From assembly GCA_018267705.1 (NCBI GenBank), contig JAFDXX010000023.1:365769-429768 (forward strand): a DNA stretch of 64,000 bases, written 5' to 3'. A program made the position numbers and the translations under genes. Origin of the DNA: Bacteroidota bacterium (GTDB lineage Bacteria; Bacteroidota; Bacteroidia; Chitinophagales; Chitinophagaceae). Position 1 is the first letter of the stretch. Each line of letters opens with the position of its first letter. Below the pieces are notes generated by a model, which saw only the letters and a list, made by a program, of their open reading frames with translations, was not told the DNA's origin and did no database searches. Of this stretch, positions 10,026 through 18,961 are shown one piece after another.

Positions 10026-10715
10026 ATGATAAATTATCATTCAACCTTAAAAATAATTTCCATGAGTATTAATATAAATATAACAGACGAAAAGAAAAAG
10101 AATGTATCTATCACTAAATTTCAATCTGAAAGAAAAATAATTCAATCGGCTGCAGTACCTATTGAATTAGAAAATATTGATACCGATCAAATTATTCCTG
10201 CACGCTTTTTAAAAGCAACTACAAGAGATGGATTTGGCAAAAATTTGTTTCGCGATTGGCGTTATGAAAACAATAATGAAACAAAACCTATAAAAGATTT
10301 TGCTTTAAACAATACAATTTATTCCGGCAAAATTTTAGTAGCAGGAAAAAATTTTGGTTGTGGTTCTTCACGCGAACATGCAGCTTGGGCAATTAAAGAT
10401 TATGGGTTTGATGCAGTTGTAAGCAGCTTTTTTGCAGATATCTTTAAAAACAATGCATTAAATAATTTTTTATTGCCTGTACAAATAAGCGATGAGTTTT
10501 TACAAAAAATATTTAAAGCCATTAAAGAAGACGCTAATGCAGAACTTGAAATTAATTTAGAAGAACAATACATAAAAATTATATCAACAGCCGAACAAGA
10601 AAATTTTGAAATAAACAAATACAAAAAAACTTGTTTGCTGAATGGTTATGATGATATTGATTATTTATTAAACATTAAAAACAAAATTGAAGCTTTTGAG
10701 GCTGCAACTGTATAA
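10026..10715 (+). CDS. leuD: 3-isopropylmalate dehydratase small subunit
   Basis: [14 protein letters not shown] and [13 protein letters not shown] motifs. ATG 10026 sits 1 nt after the leuC stop. An alternative start at ATG 10062 would remove part of an N-terminal extension of about 15-25 aa. Confidence 0.9.
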   Translation: MINYHSTLKIISMSININITDEKKKNVSITKFQSERKIIQSAAVPIELENIDTDQIIPARFLKATTRDGFGKNLFRDWRYENNNETKPIKDFALNNTIYSGKILVAGKNFGCGSSREHAAWAIKDYGFDAVVSSFFADIFKNNALNNFLLPVQISDEFLQKIFKAIKEDANAELEINLEEQYIKIISTAEQENFEINKYKKTCLLNGYDDIDYLLNIKNKIEAFEAATV

Positions 10716-12176
10716 ATGCTAACATCAACCATTATAGTGCAAAATATCTGCGTTAATCAATACTCAAAAAATGTATTGAACAATGTTTCATTTATCCTTA
10801 ATACAAACGAGCATTTAGCAATTATTGGTGAAAGCGGAAGCGGGAAAACTATCTTGGCAAAAGCAATTGCAGGACAATTATTTTCAAAAGGGAATATTCA
10901 AATCAACTATTCAGAAAATGATAGCTTACAAAATAAAATTCTTTTTGTAGAACATACAGAAGTATATAAAAATCTATCAAACGTTTCAAACTTTTACTAT
11001 CAGCAACGTTTTAATAGTTGCGATGCAGATGATGCAAATACTTTACAACAAGAACTGCAAAAATTATCAACCAATAATTTTCAAGTTAATACTCTTTTAG
11101 AAAAATTAAATTTATTACACAGAATACGAACTCCATTAATTCAACTTTCTAACGGAGAGCAAAAAAAATTACAGATTATTAAAGCATTAATTCAACAACC
11201 AAAAATATTAATTCTTGATAAAGTATTTACCGGATTAGATACCAATAGCAGAAATGAATTAGAACAATTGCTTTATAATTTATCTACCAAAGGCACTACA
11301 ATTATTTTAATAACAGATGAAAACAATATCCCCTTTTTTCTAACACATATTGCAGTGCTAACAAATGGCAACTTAACTCAGTTTACACAAAAAGAAAATT
11401 TCAAATTAAGTACCACAAAAAATATTTCTTACAATCAAAACAAAATTCCTAAAAACCAACAACAGCAAACATTTCATTCAATTGTTTCAATGAAAAATGT
11501 TTCTGTTAGTTATATAAATAAAATAATTCTTCAAAATATTAATTGGCAAGTAAAACAAGGTGAACGTTGGCTAATAAAAGGAGCGAATGGTGCAGGCAAA
11601 TCAACTTTATTAAGTTTAATTACCGGCGATAATCCGCAAGCTTATGCAAACGAAATTTATTTGTTTGATAAAAAACGCGGCAGTGGTGAAAGCATTTGGG
11701 AATTAAAAAATAAAATAGGATATGTTTCACCCGAGTTACACAAATATTTCGATAAGTCTATCAACATTGAACATGCTGTTGCAAGTGGTTTTTACGATAC
11801 AATGGGTTTGTATAAACCTATCAGCATTCAGCAAAAAGAAAATATAAAGCAATGGTTAGATTTTTTTGGGCTATCTCATGTGCGTAACAAATCCCTTTCT
11901 GCGGTTTCTACCGGCGAACAACGTTTAGCTCTTATAGCAAGAGCTTTCGTAAAAAATCCGCCATTGCTTGTTTTAGATGAACCTTGTCAAAATTTAGACA
12001 ATAACCATATACAACAAATTATACAATTAATAAATAACCTCTGCTCACAAACAAATGCAACAATAATTTATGTAAGCCATTATACGAATGAAATACCGGA
12101 ATGTATTACCAACGTACTTGAATTAAATAATGGCATTGCAACTATTTATACTAAAGAAAAAATTAAAGTAGCCTAA
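10716..12176 (+). CDS. modF: ModF-like soluble ABC ATPase with two nucleotide-binding domains and no TM domain
   Basis: 486 aa. NBD1: GESGSGKT, LSNGEQKK, ILILDK (Lys in place of the catalytic Glu). NBD2: GANGAGKST, LSTGEQRLALIARAF, LLVLDEP. The segment GDNPQAYANEIYLFDKKRGSGESIWELKNKIGYVSPELH resembles E. coli ModF as I recall it. The ATG directly follows the leuD stop, and its own stop lies 1 nt before the leuB ATG. Confidence 0.8.
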   Translation: MLTSTIIVQNICVNQYSKNVLNNVSFILNTNEHLAIIGESGSGKTILAKAIAGQLFSKGNIQINYSENDSLQNKILFVEHTEVYKNLSNVSNFYYQQRFNSCDADDANTLQQELQKLSTNNFQVNTLLEKLNLLHRIRTPLIQLSNGEQKKLQIIKALIQQPKILILDKVFTGLDTNSRNELEQLLYNLSTKGTTIILITDENNIPFFLTHIAVLTNGNLTQFTQKENFKLSTTKNISYNQNKIPKNQQQQTFHSIVSMKNVSVSYINKIILQNINWQVKQGERWLIKGANGAGKSTLLSLITGDNPQAYANEIYLFDKKRGSGESIWELKNKIGYVSPELHKYFDKSINIEHAVASGFYDTMGLYKPISIQQKENIKQWLDFFGLSHVRNKSLSAVSTGEQRLALIARAFVKNPPLLVLDEPCQNLDNNHIQQIIQLINNLCSQTNATIIYVSHYTNEIPECITNVLELNNGIATIYTKEKIKVA

Positions 12177-12177
12177 T

Positions 12178-13293
12178 ATGAAAAAAAATATTGCAGTAAT
12201 TAATGGAGATGGCATTGGCCCCGAAGTAACAACACAATCTGTTCGTATACTAAATGCAATTGCTGAAAAATTTAATCATGAATTTAATTACACCTATTGC
12301 TTAATGGGTGCTTGTGCTATTGATGAAACAGGTTCTCCCCTGCCTAATGAAACTATTGAAGTTTGCTTAAATAGTGATGCAATTTTATTTGGAGCAATTG
12401 GCCATCCTAAATACGATAATGACCCCACCGCAAAAGTTAGACCTGAACAAGGTTTACTAAAACTCAGAAAATCTTTACAACTATACGGAAACATACGCCC
12501 CATTAATACATATCCATCATTAGAACATTTATCTCCATTAAAAGCAAAGCAATTAGAAAACGTTGATTTTATTATTTATCGTGAATTAACAGGCGGAATT
12601 TATTTTGGCAAAAAAGAATTAAATGATGATAAAACAAAAGCATTAGATGAATGTACTTATTCAAAAGAAGAAATAGAACGCATTACACATTTAGCATTTA
12701 AGCAAGCACAACAAAGAAAAAACAAATTAACATTAGTAGATAAAGCCAATGTTTTAGAAACCTCACGTTTATGGAGAAAAGTAGTACAAGAAATTGCACC
12801 ACAATATCCCAACGTAAAAGTTGATTACATGTTTGTAGATAATGCCGCCATGCAAATTATTCTTAACCCACAACAGTTTGATGTAATACTTACCGAAAAT
12901 ATGTTTGGAGATATTATTAGCGATGAAGCAAGTGTACTAAGCGGTTCATTAGGCTTATTACCCTCAGCATCTGTTGGTGTTTGCACTGCATTATTCGAGC
13001 CCATTCATGGCTCCTACCCACAAGCAGCAGGAAAAGATATTGCCAACCCCTTAGGTTCTATTTTATCAGCATCTATGATGTTAGATTATTTTAATATGCA
13101 AAAAGAAGCTCAATTAATTAAAGATGCATGCAATTGGGCATTACAAAACAAATTCGTAACAAAAGATATTGATCCTATTAATTTCTATTTCACTTCTACC
13201 ATAGGAGAATTGATTTGCGATTTTATTTTAGGAAAAATTCATGGAGATGTAAACCACGAAAATGTTCAGTTAAGAAAATCAACCATCATTTAA
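12178..13293 (+). CDS. leuB: 3-isopropylmalate dehydrogenase
   Basis: 371 aa. Starts IAVINGDGIGPEV..., with NMFGDIISDEAS and the isocitrate/isopropylmalate dehydrogenase pattern. Confidence 0.95.
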   Translation: MKKNIAVINGDGIGPEVTTQSVRILNAIAEKFNHEFNYTYCLMGACAIDETGSPLPNETIEVCLNSDAILFGAIGHPKYDNDPTAKVRPEQGLLKLRKSLQLYGNIRPINTYPSLEHLSPLKAKQLENVDFIIYRELTGGIYFGKKELNDDKTKALDECTYSKEEIERITHLAFKQAQQRKNKLTLVDKANVLETSRLWRKVVQEIAPQYPNVKVDYMFVDNAAMQIILNPQQFDVILTENMFGDIISDEASVLSGSLGLLPSASVGVCTALFEPIHGSYPQAAGKDIANPLGSILSASMMLDYFNMQKEAQLIKDACNWALQNKFVTKDIDPINFYFTSTIGELICDFILGKIHGDVNHENVQLRKSTII

Positions 13294-13320
13294 CAAGATG
13301 AGTGATAAATAAAAAAGTTC

Positions 13321-13350
13321 TTTGTAGTTTCAATAGAGGTGTTACATTTG
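13321..13350 (+). promoter_or_regulatory. Bacteroidota-type sigma-A promoter (TTTG -33, 18-nt spacer, TAcaTTTG -7)
   Basis: tttg at 13321-13324 and tacatttg at 13343-13350, a perfect match to the TAnnTTTG -7 consensus. Lies 19 nt upstream of the leader ATG. Confidence 0.6.
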
Positions 13351-13368
13351 CATACACACAACACTTCT

Positions 13369-13467
13369 ATGGTATCAAGCAAGTTCAATAAGGCAATCAT
13401 CAGCAACATCGCAATTATTATTGTCATTATTATTCCTGCACTGCACGGAGGTGTAAGTATCATGTAA
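13369..13467 (+). CDS. 32-codon Ile/Val-rich leader peptide (candidate ilv attenuator leader)
   Basis: Translation MVSSKFNKAIISNIAIIIVIIIPALHGGVSIM*. It has 10 Ile and 3 Val; codons 16-22 are IIIVIII. Below the ORF-track size cutoff. Sits between a consensus promoter and a strong intrinsic terminator, upstream of ilvD. Confidence 0.65.
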   Translation: MVSSKFNKAIISNIAIIIVIIIPALHGGVSIM

Positions 13468-13488
13468 AAAATAACTTGTTATAACATG

Positions 13489-13517
13489 AAACCCGCCTCC
13501 AAAAAGGCGGGTTTTTT
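13489..13517 (+). terminator. Intrinsic terminator (attenuator terminator) upstream of ilvD
   Basis: aaacccgcc-tccaaaaa-ggcgggttt followed by ttt(a)ttt. The stem is 9 bp with a GC-rich core, followed by a U-run. Confidence 0.8.
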
Positions 13518-13583
13518 ATTTGTTATTACTATAAAAAATAAAAAAAAATATGAACCCAACTTTAACACATTAATGAAACACCT

Positions 13584-13647
13584 GTTGCGTCGCACTCTTC
13601 AACACATTGTTCAATATTGAACAAAACGTACAAGTGAGTGACACAAC
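13584..13647 (+). repeat. 64-nt imperfect palindrome containing copy B of the dispersed motif plus an inverted copy of its GC-rich core
   Basis: Left arm gttgcgtcgcactctt (13584-13599) is the exact reverse complement of aagagtgcgacgcaac found at 34174-34159. The centre holds a perfect 18-bp palindrome ttgttcaatattgaacaa (13607-13624). Right arm is aagtgagtgacacaac (13632-13647). The arms pair at 13 of 16 positions. Confidence 0.6.
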
Positions 13648-13690
13648 AAAAGCTAAATAAAATTACATAAGCTAAGTACAAAAAAATAAA

Positions 13691-15373
13691 ATGACAGAAT
13701 TAAACAAATACAGCAAAACACTAACACAAGATGCAACACAACCTGCAGCACAAGCAATGTATTATGCCATTGGTTTTAAAGAAGAAGATTTTTCAAAACC
13801 ACAAGTGGGCATTGTAAGCATGGGTTGGGATGGCAACCCTTGTAACATGCATCTAAACGATTTAGCAGCAAAAGTGAAAAAGAGTGTAAATAAAACAGGT
13901 TTATTAGGTTTAAACTTTTACACCATTGGCGTAAGCGATGGAATTAGTATGGGAACAGATGGTATGCGTTATAGTTTAGTAAGCAGAGATGTAATTGCCG
14001 ATAGCATTGAAACTAATGCAGGTGCTCAATATTACGATGCAATAATTGGTATTCCCGGCTGCGATAAAAATATGCCGGGTACTATTATGGCAATGGGAAG
14101 ATTAAATCGTCCGTCCATAATGTTGTATGGCGGCACTATTGCACCAGGGCATTATAAAGGCGAAGATTTAAATATAGTTTCTGCATTTGAAGCATTAGGA
14201 CAAAAAATTGCAGGCAACTTATCTGAAGGAGATTTCAAAGGAATCATTCAACATGCTTGTCCGGGTGCCGGTGCATGCGGTGGCATGTACACAGCAAATA
14301 CAATGGCTTCGGCCATTGAAGCATTGGGTATGAGTTTGCCATATTCATCATCCAACCCCGCATTAAGTAAAGAAAAACTAAAAGAATGTAATACTGTTGG
14401 TAAAGCAATAAAAACATTATTACAAAAAGATATTAAACCAAAAGATATTATGACACGTAAAGCATTTGAAAATGCAATTACAGTTGTAATGGTTTTGGGT
14501 GGAAGCACCAATGCTGTATTACATTTAATTGCTATGGCTAAAAGTGTAGGTATTGAATTAACGCAAGATGATTTTCAAAAAATAAGTAATAAAACACCCT
14601 TGCTTGCAGACTTTAAACCCAGCGGTAAATATTTAATGGAAGATTTGCATAAACATGGTGGCGTACCTGCAGTAATGAAATATTTATTAAGCAAAAAAAT
14701 GTTGCATGGAGATTGTTTAACCGTAACTGGAAAAACCATGAAACAAAATTTGAAAAAAGCACCCAATTTAAATTTTGAAATTCAAGATATTATTCACCCC
14801 ATAGAAAATCCTTTAAAAGCAACAGGGCATTTACAAATTCTTTACGGCAATCTTGCAACAGGCGGAAGTGTTGCAAAAATTACAGGAAAAGAAGGTGAAC
14901 GTTTTGAAGGAACAGCAAGAGTATTTGATGGCGAACATGATTTTATTAAAGGCATTCAAAATAAAAGAGTACATGCAGGAGATGTTGTTGTTATTAGAAA
15001 CATTGGTCCTAAAGGAGCACCTGGAATGCCCGAAATGCTTAAACCTACAGGAGCTTTAATTGGTGCAGGTTTGGGCAAAACTGTTGCATTAATTACCGAT
15101 GGAAGATTTAGCGGTGGTACACATGGTTTTGTAGTTGGGCATATTACACCTGAAGCATACAATGGAGGCTTAATAGGTTTAGTAGAAGATAATGATATTA
15201 TTGAAATTGATGCCGTAAAAAATACAATTACATTAAAAGTAAGTAACGAAATAATTGCACAACGCAAAGCTAATTGGAAACAACCTACCTTAAAAGCAAC
15301 TAACGGTGTTTTATACAAATATGCAAAATTAGTAAAAACTGCAGCCGAAGGCTGTGTAACAGATGAAGACTAA
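13691..15373 (+). CDS. ilvD: Dihydroxy-acid dehydratase
   Basis: 560 aa. ILVD/EDD family motifs ([29 protein letters not shown]). Confidence 0.95.
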   Translation: MTELNKYSKTLTQDATQPAAQAMYYAIGFKEEDFSKPQVGIVSMGWDGNPCNMHLNDLAAKVKKSVNKTGLLGLNFYTIGVSDGISMGTDGMRYSLVSRDVIADSIETNAGAQYYDAIIGIPGCDKNMPGTIMAMGRLNRPSIMLYGGTIAPGHYKGEDLNIVSAFEALGQKIAGNLSEGDFKGIIQHACPGAGACGGMYTANTMASAIEALGMSLPYSSSNPALSKEKLKECNTVGKAIKTLLQKDIKPKDIMTRKAFENAITVVMVLGGSTNAVLHLIAMAKSVGIELTQDDFQKISNKTPLLADFKPSGKYLMEDLHKHGGVPAVMKYLLSKKMLHGDCLTVTGKTMKQNLKKAPNLNFEIQDIIHPIENPLKATGHLQILYGNLATGGSVAKITGKEGERFEGTARVFDGEHDFIKGIQNKRVHAGDVVVIRNIGPKGAPGMPEMLKPTGALIGAGLGKTVALITDGRFSGGTHGFVVGHITPEAYNGGLIGLVEDNDIIEIDAVKNTITLKVSNEIIAQRKANWKQPTLKATNGVLYKYAKLVKTAAEGCVTDED

Positions 15374-15417
15374 TGATGAATGAGAATTACAAATTAAGAA
15401 TTATAAATTATTAATAT

Positions 15418-17190
15418 ATGAACGCTGAATTAAATACTATTGAATTATCAGAATCAAAAAAAACTATTACTCCATCTGTAGAAGTCGAAAGTAATATCTC
15501 AGGTTCTGTTGCAGTTTTAGAAGCATTGATTGCTGAAAATGTACAAACCATTTTCGGTTATCCCGGTGGTGCCATTATGCCTATATATGATGCATTATAT
15601 GATTATACTAACAAGCTAGAACATATATTGGTTAGACATGAACAAGGTTCTATTCATGCTGCTCAAGGTTTTGCAAGAACATCGGGAAAAGTGGGTGTAG
15701 TATTTGCAACAAGCGGTCCGGGAGCAACAAATCTTGTAACGGGTTTAGCAGATGCTATGATTGACAGCACCCCGCTTGTGTGTATTACAGGGCAAGTATT
15801 TGCTCATTTATTAGGTACCGATGCATTTCAAGAAACCGATATCATAAATATTACAACACCAGTTACAAAATGGAATTATCAAATTACCGATGCAACCGAA
15901 ATTCCACATGTATTAGCAAAAGCATTTTACATTGCAAAAACAGGAAGACCAGGACCTGTGTTGATTGATATTACCAAAAATGCACAACTTCAAAAATTTA
16001 ATTATAACGGCTACAAAAAATGCAATCATATAAGAAGTTATCGTCCTAAACCAATTGTTCGCAAAGAATATATTGAACAAGCTGCACAACTTATCAATCA
16101 AGCTAAAAAACCATTCGTAATTTTTGGGCAAGGTGTTATATTAGGCAAAGCAGAAAAAGAGTTTACACAATTTATTGAAAAAGGTGGCATACCCTCTGCA
16201 TGGACAATTATGGGCATGAGTGCCATTCCTACAACACATCCACTTGGCGTAGGTATGTTAGGAATGCACGGAAATTATGCACCCAATGTTTTAACCAATG
16301 AATGTGATGTTTTAATTGCAATAGGAATGCGTTTTGATGATAGAGTTACCGGAAGATTAGACAAATATGCTAAGCAAGCACAAATCATTCATTTTGATAT
16401 TGATCCCGCAGAAATAGATAAAAACGTAAAAACAACCATTCCTGTTTGGGGAGATTGTAAAGAAACTTTACCGCTACTCACACAATTAATTGAAAAGAAA
16501 AATCATAATGCATGGCTGCAACAATTTAGAGAATTAGAAAAAAAAGAAATAGAAAAAGTTATACATGATGAATTAAATCCTAAAGATGAAACAATGACAA
16601 TGGGCGAAGTAATTAAAACCATTAATGAATTAACCAATGGTAATGCAATTATTGTAACAGATGTTGGTCAGCATCAAATGGTGGCTTGCCGTTATGCAAA
16701 AATGAACCATTCAAAAAGCAATATAACAAGCGGTGGCTTAGGCACAATGGGCTTTGGTTTACCCGCTGCAATTGGTGCAAAATATGGAGATACAAAAAAA
16801 ACAGTTATTGCCATAATTGGTGATGGCGGCATACAAATGACCATTCAAGAATTAGGTACCATTATGCAGTTTAATATAGATGTAAAAATTTTAATATTAA
16901 ATAATCAATTTTTAGGAATGGTGCGTCAATGGCAACAACTCTTCCATGAAAAAAGATATTCGTTTGTAAATATTACTTCACCCGATTATGTGCAAGTAGC
17001 AAAAGGCTATGGTATTATAGGTAGCAGTATTTCTAAACGAGAAGATTTAAAAACTGCTTTACAAAATATGTTGCAACACAACGGAAGTTATTTATTAGAA
17101 GTAATGGTAGGTAAAGAAAATAATGTATTTCCTATGGTTCCGCAAGGGAAAGGCGTAGCTGAAATTGTATTAACAAAAGAAGAAATTTAA
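15418..17190 (+). CDS. ilvB: Acetolactate synthase large (catalytic) subunit
   Basis: 590 aa. ThDP enzyme pattern (GYPGGAIMPIYDAL, GLGTMGFGLPAAIGA, GDGGIQMTIQEL). Confidence 0.95.
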   Translation: MNAELNTIELSESKKTITPSVEVESNISGSVAVLEALIAENVQTIFGYPGGAIMPIYDALYDYTNKLEHILVRHEQGSIHAAQGFARTSGKVGVVFATSGPGATNLVTGLADAMIDSTPLVCITGQVFAHLLGTDAFQETDIINITTPVTKWNYQITDATEIPHVLAKAFYIAKTGRPGPVLIDITKNAQLQKFNYNGYKKCNHIRSYRPKPIVRKEYIEQAAQLINQAKKPFVIFGQGVILGKAEKEFTQFIEKGGIPSAWTIMGMSAIPTTHPLGVGMLGMHGNYAPNVLTNECDVLIAIGMRFDDRVTGRLDKYAKQAQIIHFDIDPAEIDKNVKTTIPVWGDCKETLPLLTQLIEKKNHNAWLQQFRELEKKEIEKVIHDELNPKDETMTMGEVIKTINELTNGNAIIVTDVGQHQMVACRYAKMNHSKSNITSGGLGTMGFGLPAAIGAKYGDTKKTVIAIIGDGGIQMTIQELGTIMQFNIDVKILILNNQFLGMVRQWQQLFHEKRYSFVNITSPDYVQVAKGYGIIGSSISKREDLKTALQNMLQHNGSYLLEVMVGKENNVFPMVPQGKGVAEIVLTKEEI

Positions 17191-17237
17191 AAGAAAAAAT
17201 TTTAGTTTAAAAAGCTGCTCTATCAAAAGTAAAAAAT

Positions 17238-17825
17238 ATGAAACAAGAATATACCATAACAATTTATACCGAGAACCAAATCGGTTTACTCAATCGCATT
17301 GCTATTATTTTTTCAAGAAGAAAAATAAGCATTGAAAGTTTCAACACTTCGCCAACAGAATCGGATAGTGTTTACAGGTTTACTATTGTGATAAATGAAA
17401 CAGAAGATGTTGTAAAAAAACTTTGCAAACAAATTGAAAAACAAGTTGAAGTTTTAAAAGCATACTACAACACCAACGATGAAATTGTATGGCAAGAAAT
17501 GGGTTTATTTAAAGTACCTGCCGATATTATTGCAGCCAAAGTTCCGGTAGAAAGGCTTTTACGCGAGTATGGAGCAAAAGCAGTTGTTATTCGTAACGAT
17601 TATATTGTTTTTGAAACCACAGGGCATAGAGAGGAAATTGAAAAATTAATTAACGCCTTAGAACCTTATGGGTTAATTGAATTTGTACGCAGTGCAAGAG
17701 TTGCTATTATTAAAAACAGCAAAGGATTTCACGATAAATTAAAAGAGTTTGAAAAAAGCGAACCAGCAGAAGAGTTAATTGAAAATGAGTTTTTAAACCA
17801 ACAAGAAGAAGTGTTTAGCATGTAA
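17238..17825 (+). CDS. ilvN: Acetolactate synthase small (regulatory) subunit
   Basis: 195 aa. N-terminal ACT domain (ITIYTENQIGLLNRIAIIFSRRKISIESF) and AHAS small-subunit C-terminal domain. Lies directly after ilvB. Confidence 0.9.
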   Translation: MKQEYTITIYTENQIGLLNRIAIIFSRRKISIESFNTSPTESDSVYRFTIVINETEDVVKKLCKQIEKQVEVLKAYYNTNDEIVWQEMGLFKVPADIIAAKVPVERLLREYGAKAVVIRNDYIVFETTGHREEIEKLINALEPYGLIEFVRSARVAIIKNSKGFHDKLKEFEKSEPAEELIENEFLNQQEEVFSM

Positions 17826-17908
17826 CAACCATATAAATGTTGAATAATATAATAAATAATAATCAATTCAACATTCAAACCTTAAAATAAAAAATAAAAA
17901 ACAACACA

Positions 17909-18961
17909 ATGGCAAAATTAAATTTTGGTGGCGTTGAAGAAAACGTTGTAACCCGCGATGAATTCCCTTTAGCAAAAGCTCAAGAAGTATTAAAAAATGA
18001 AACAGTTGCCGTAATTGGTTACGGCGTACAAGGCCCTGGGCAAGCATTAAACCAACGCGATAACGGAATTAATGTTATTGTTGGGCAAAGAAAAAATTCT
18101 AAAACATGGGATAAAGCCATTCGTGATGGTTTTGTTCCCGGCGAAACTTTATTTGAAATTGAAGAAGCATTACAACGTGGCACAATCATTTGCTATTTAT
18201 TAAGTGATGCTGCACAAATTGCACTATGGCCAACTGTACAAAAACATTTAACTGCAGGTAAAGCATTATATTTTTCTCATGGCTTTGGCATCACATTCAA
18301 TAATCAAACAAATATTATTCCTCCAAAAGATGTAGATGTTTTTTTAGTAGCACCAAAAGGTAGCGGTACAAGTTTAAGAAGAATGTTTTTACAAGGAAGA
18401 GGTTTAAACAGTTCTTACGCAATTTATCAAGATGCAACGGGCAAAGCAAAAGAAAGAGTAATTGCCTTGGGCATTGCAGTTGGCAGCGGATATTTATTTG
18501 AAACAGATTTTAAGAAAGAAGTATATAGTGATTTAACCGGTGAACGCGGAACATTAATGGGTTGCATACAAGGAATTTTTGCAGCACAATACCAAGTACT
18601 AAGAGAAAGAGGCCACTCTCCTTCTGAAGCATTTAATGAAACTGTTGAAGAATTAACACAATCATTAATGCCATTAGTTGCAGAAAATGGAATGGATTGG
18701 ATGTATGCAAACTGCTCTACCACTGCACAACGCGGTGCATTAGATTGGTGGAAAAAATTTAGAGATGCAACCTTACCTGTGTTTAATGACTTATATTCAA
18801 GCGTTGCAGCAGGAAAAGAAAGCCAACGAAGCATTGACAGCAACTCGCAAACTGATTATCGCGAAAAGTTAGATGCTGAATTAAAAGAATTACGTGAAAG
18901 TGAAATGTGGCAAGCAGGAAAAACAGTACGTTCACTTCGTCCTGAAAATCAAAAAGTATAA
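17909..18961 (+). CDS. ilvC: Ketol-acid reductoisomerase (class I)
   Basis: 350 aa. IGYGVQGPGQALNQRDNG NADP-binding motif and typical KARI C-terminal domain. Confidence 0.95.
   Translation: MAKLNFGGVEENVVTRDEFPLAKAQEVLKNETVAVIGYGVQGPGQALNQRDNGINVIVGQRKNSKTWDKAIRDGFVPGETLFEIEEALQRGTIICYLLSDAAQIALWPTVQKHLTAGKALYFSHGFGITFNNQTNIIPPKDVDVFLVAPKGSGTSLRRMFLQGRGLNSSYAIYQDATGKAKERVIALGIAVGSGYLFETDFKKEVYSDLTGERGTLMGCIQGIFAAQYQVLRERGHSPSEAFNETVEELTQSLMPLVAENGMDWMYANCSTTAQRGALDWWKKFRDATLPVFNDLYSSVAAGKESQRSIDSNSQTDYREKLDAELKELRESEMWQAGKTVRSLRPENQKV

Noticed and set aside
13550-13573. 7-codon ORF (MNPTLTH*) between the terminator and the palindromic element
   Set aside because: It is too short, has no amino-acid bias relevant to ilv control, and has no associated structure.
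13584-13599. Reading GTTGCGTCGCAC as a sigma-54 (-24 GG / -12 GC) or ECF (GAAC-N16-CGT) promoter
   Set aside because: The TGGCAC-N5-TTGC order and spacing are not met. The distance from GAAC to the GC-rich core differs between copies (copy A lacks the aaaac segment), so an ECF-type reading is inconsistent.
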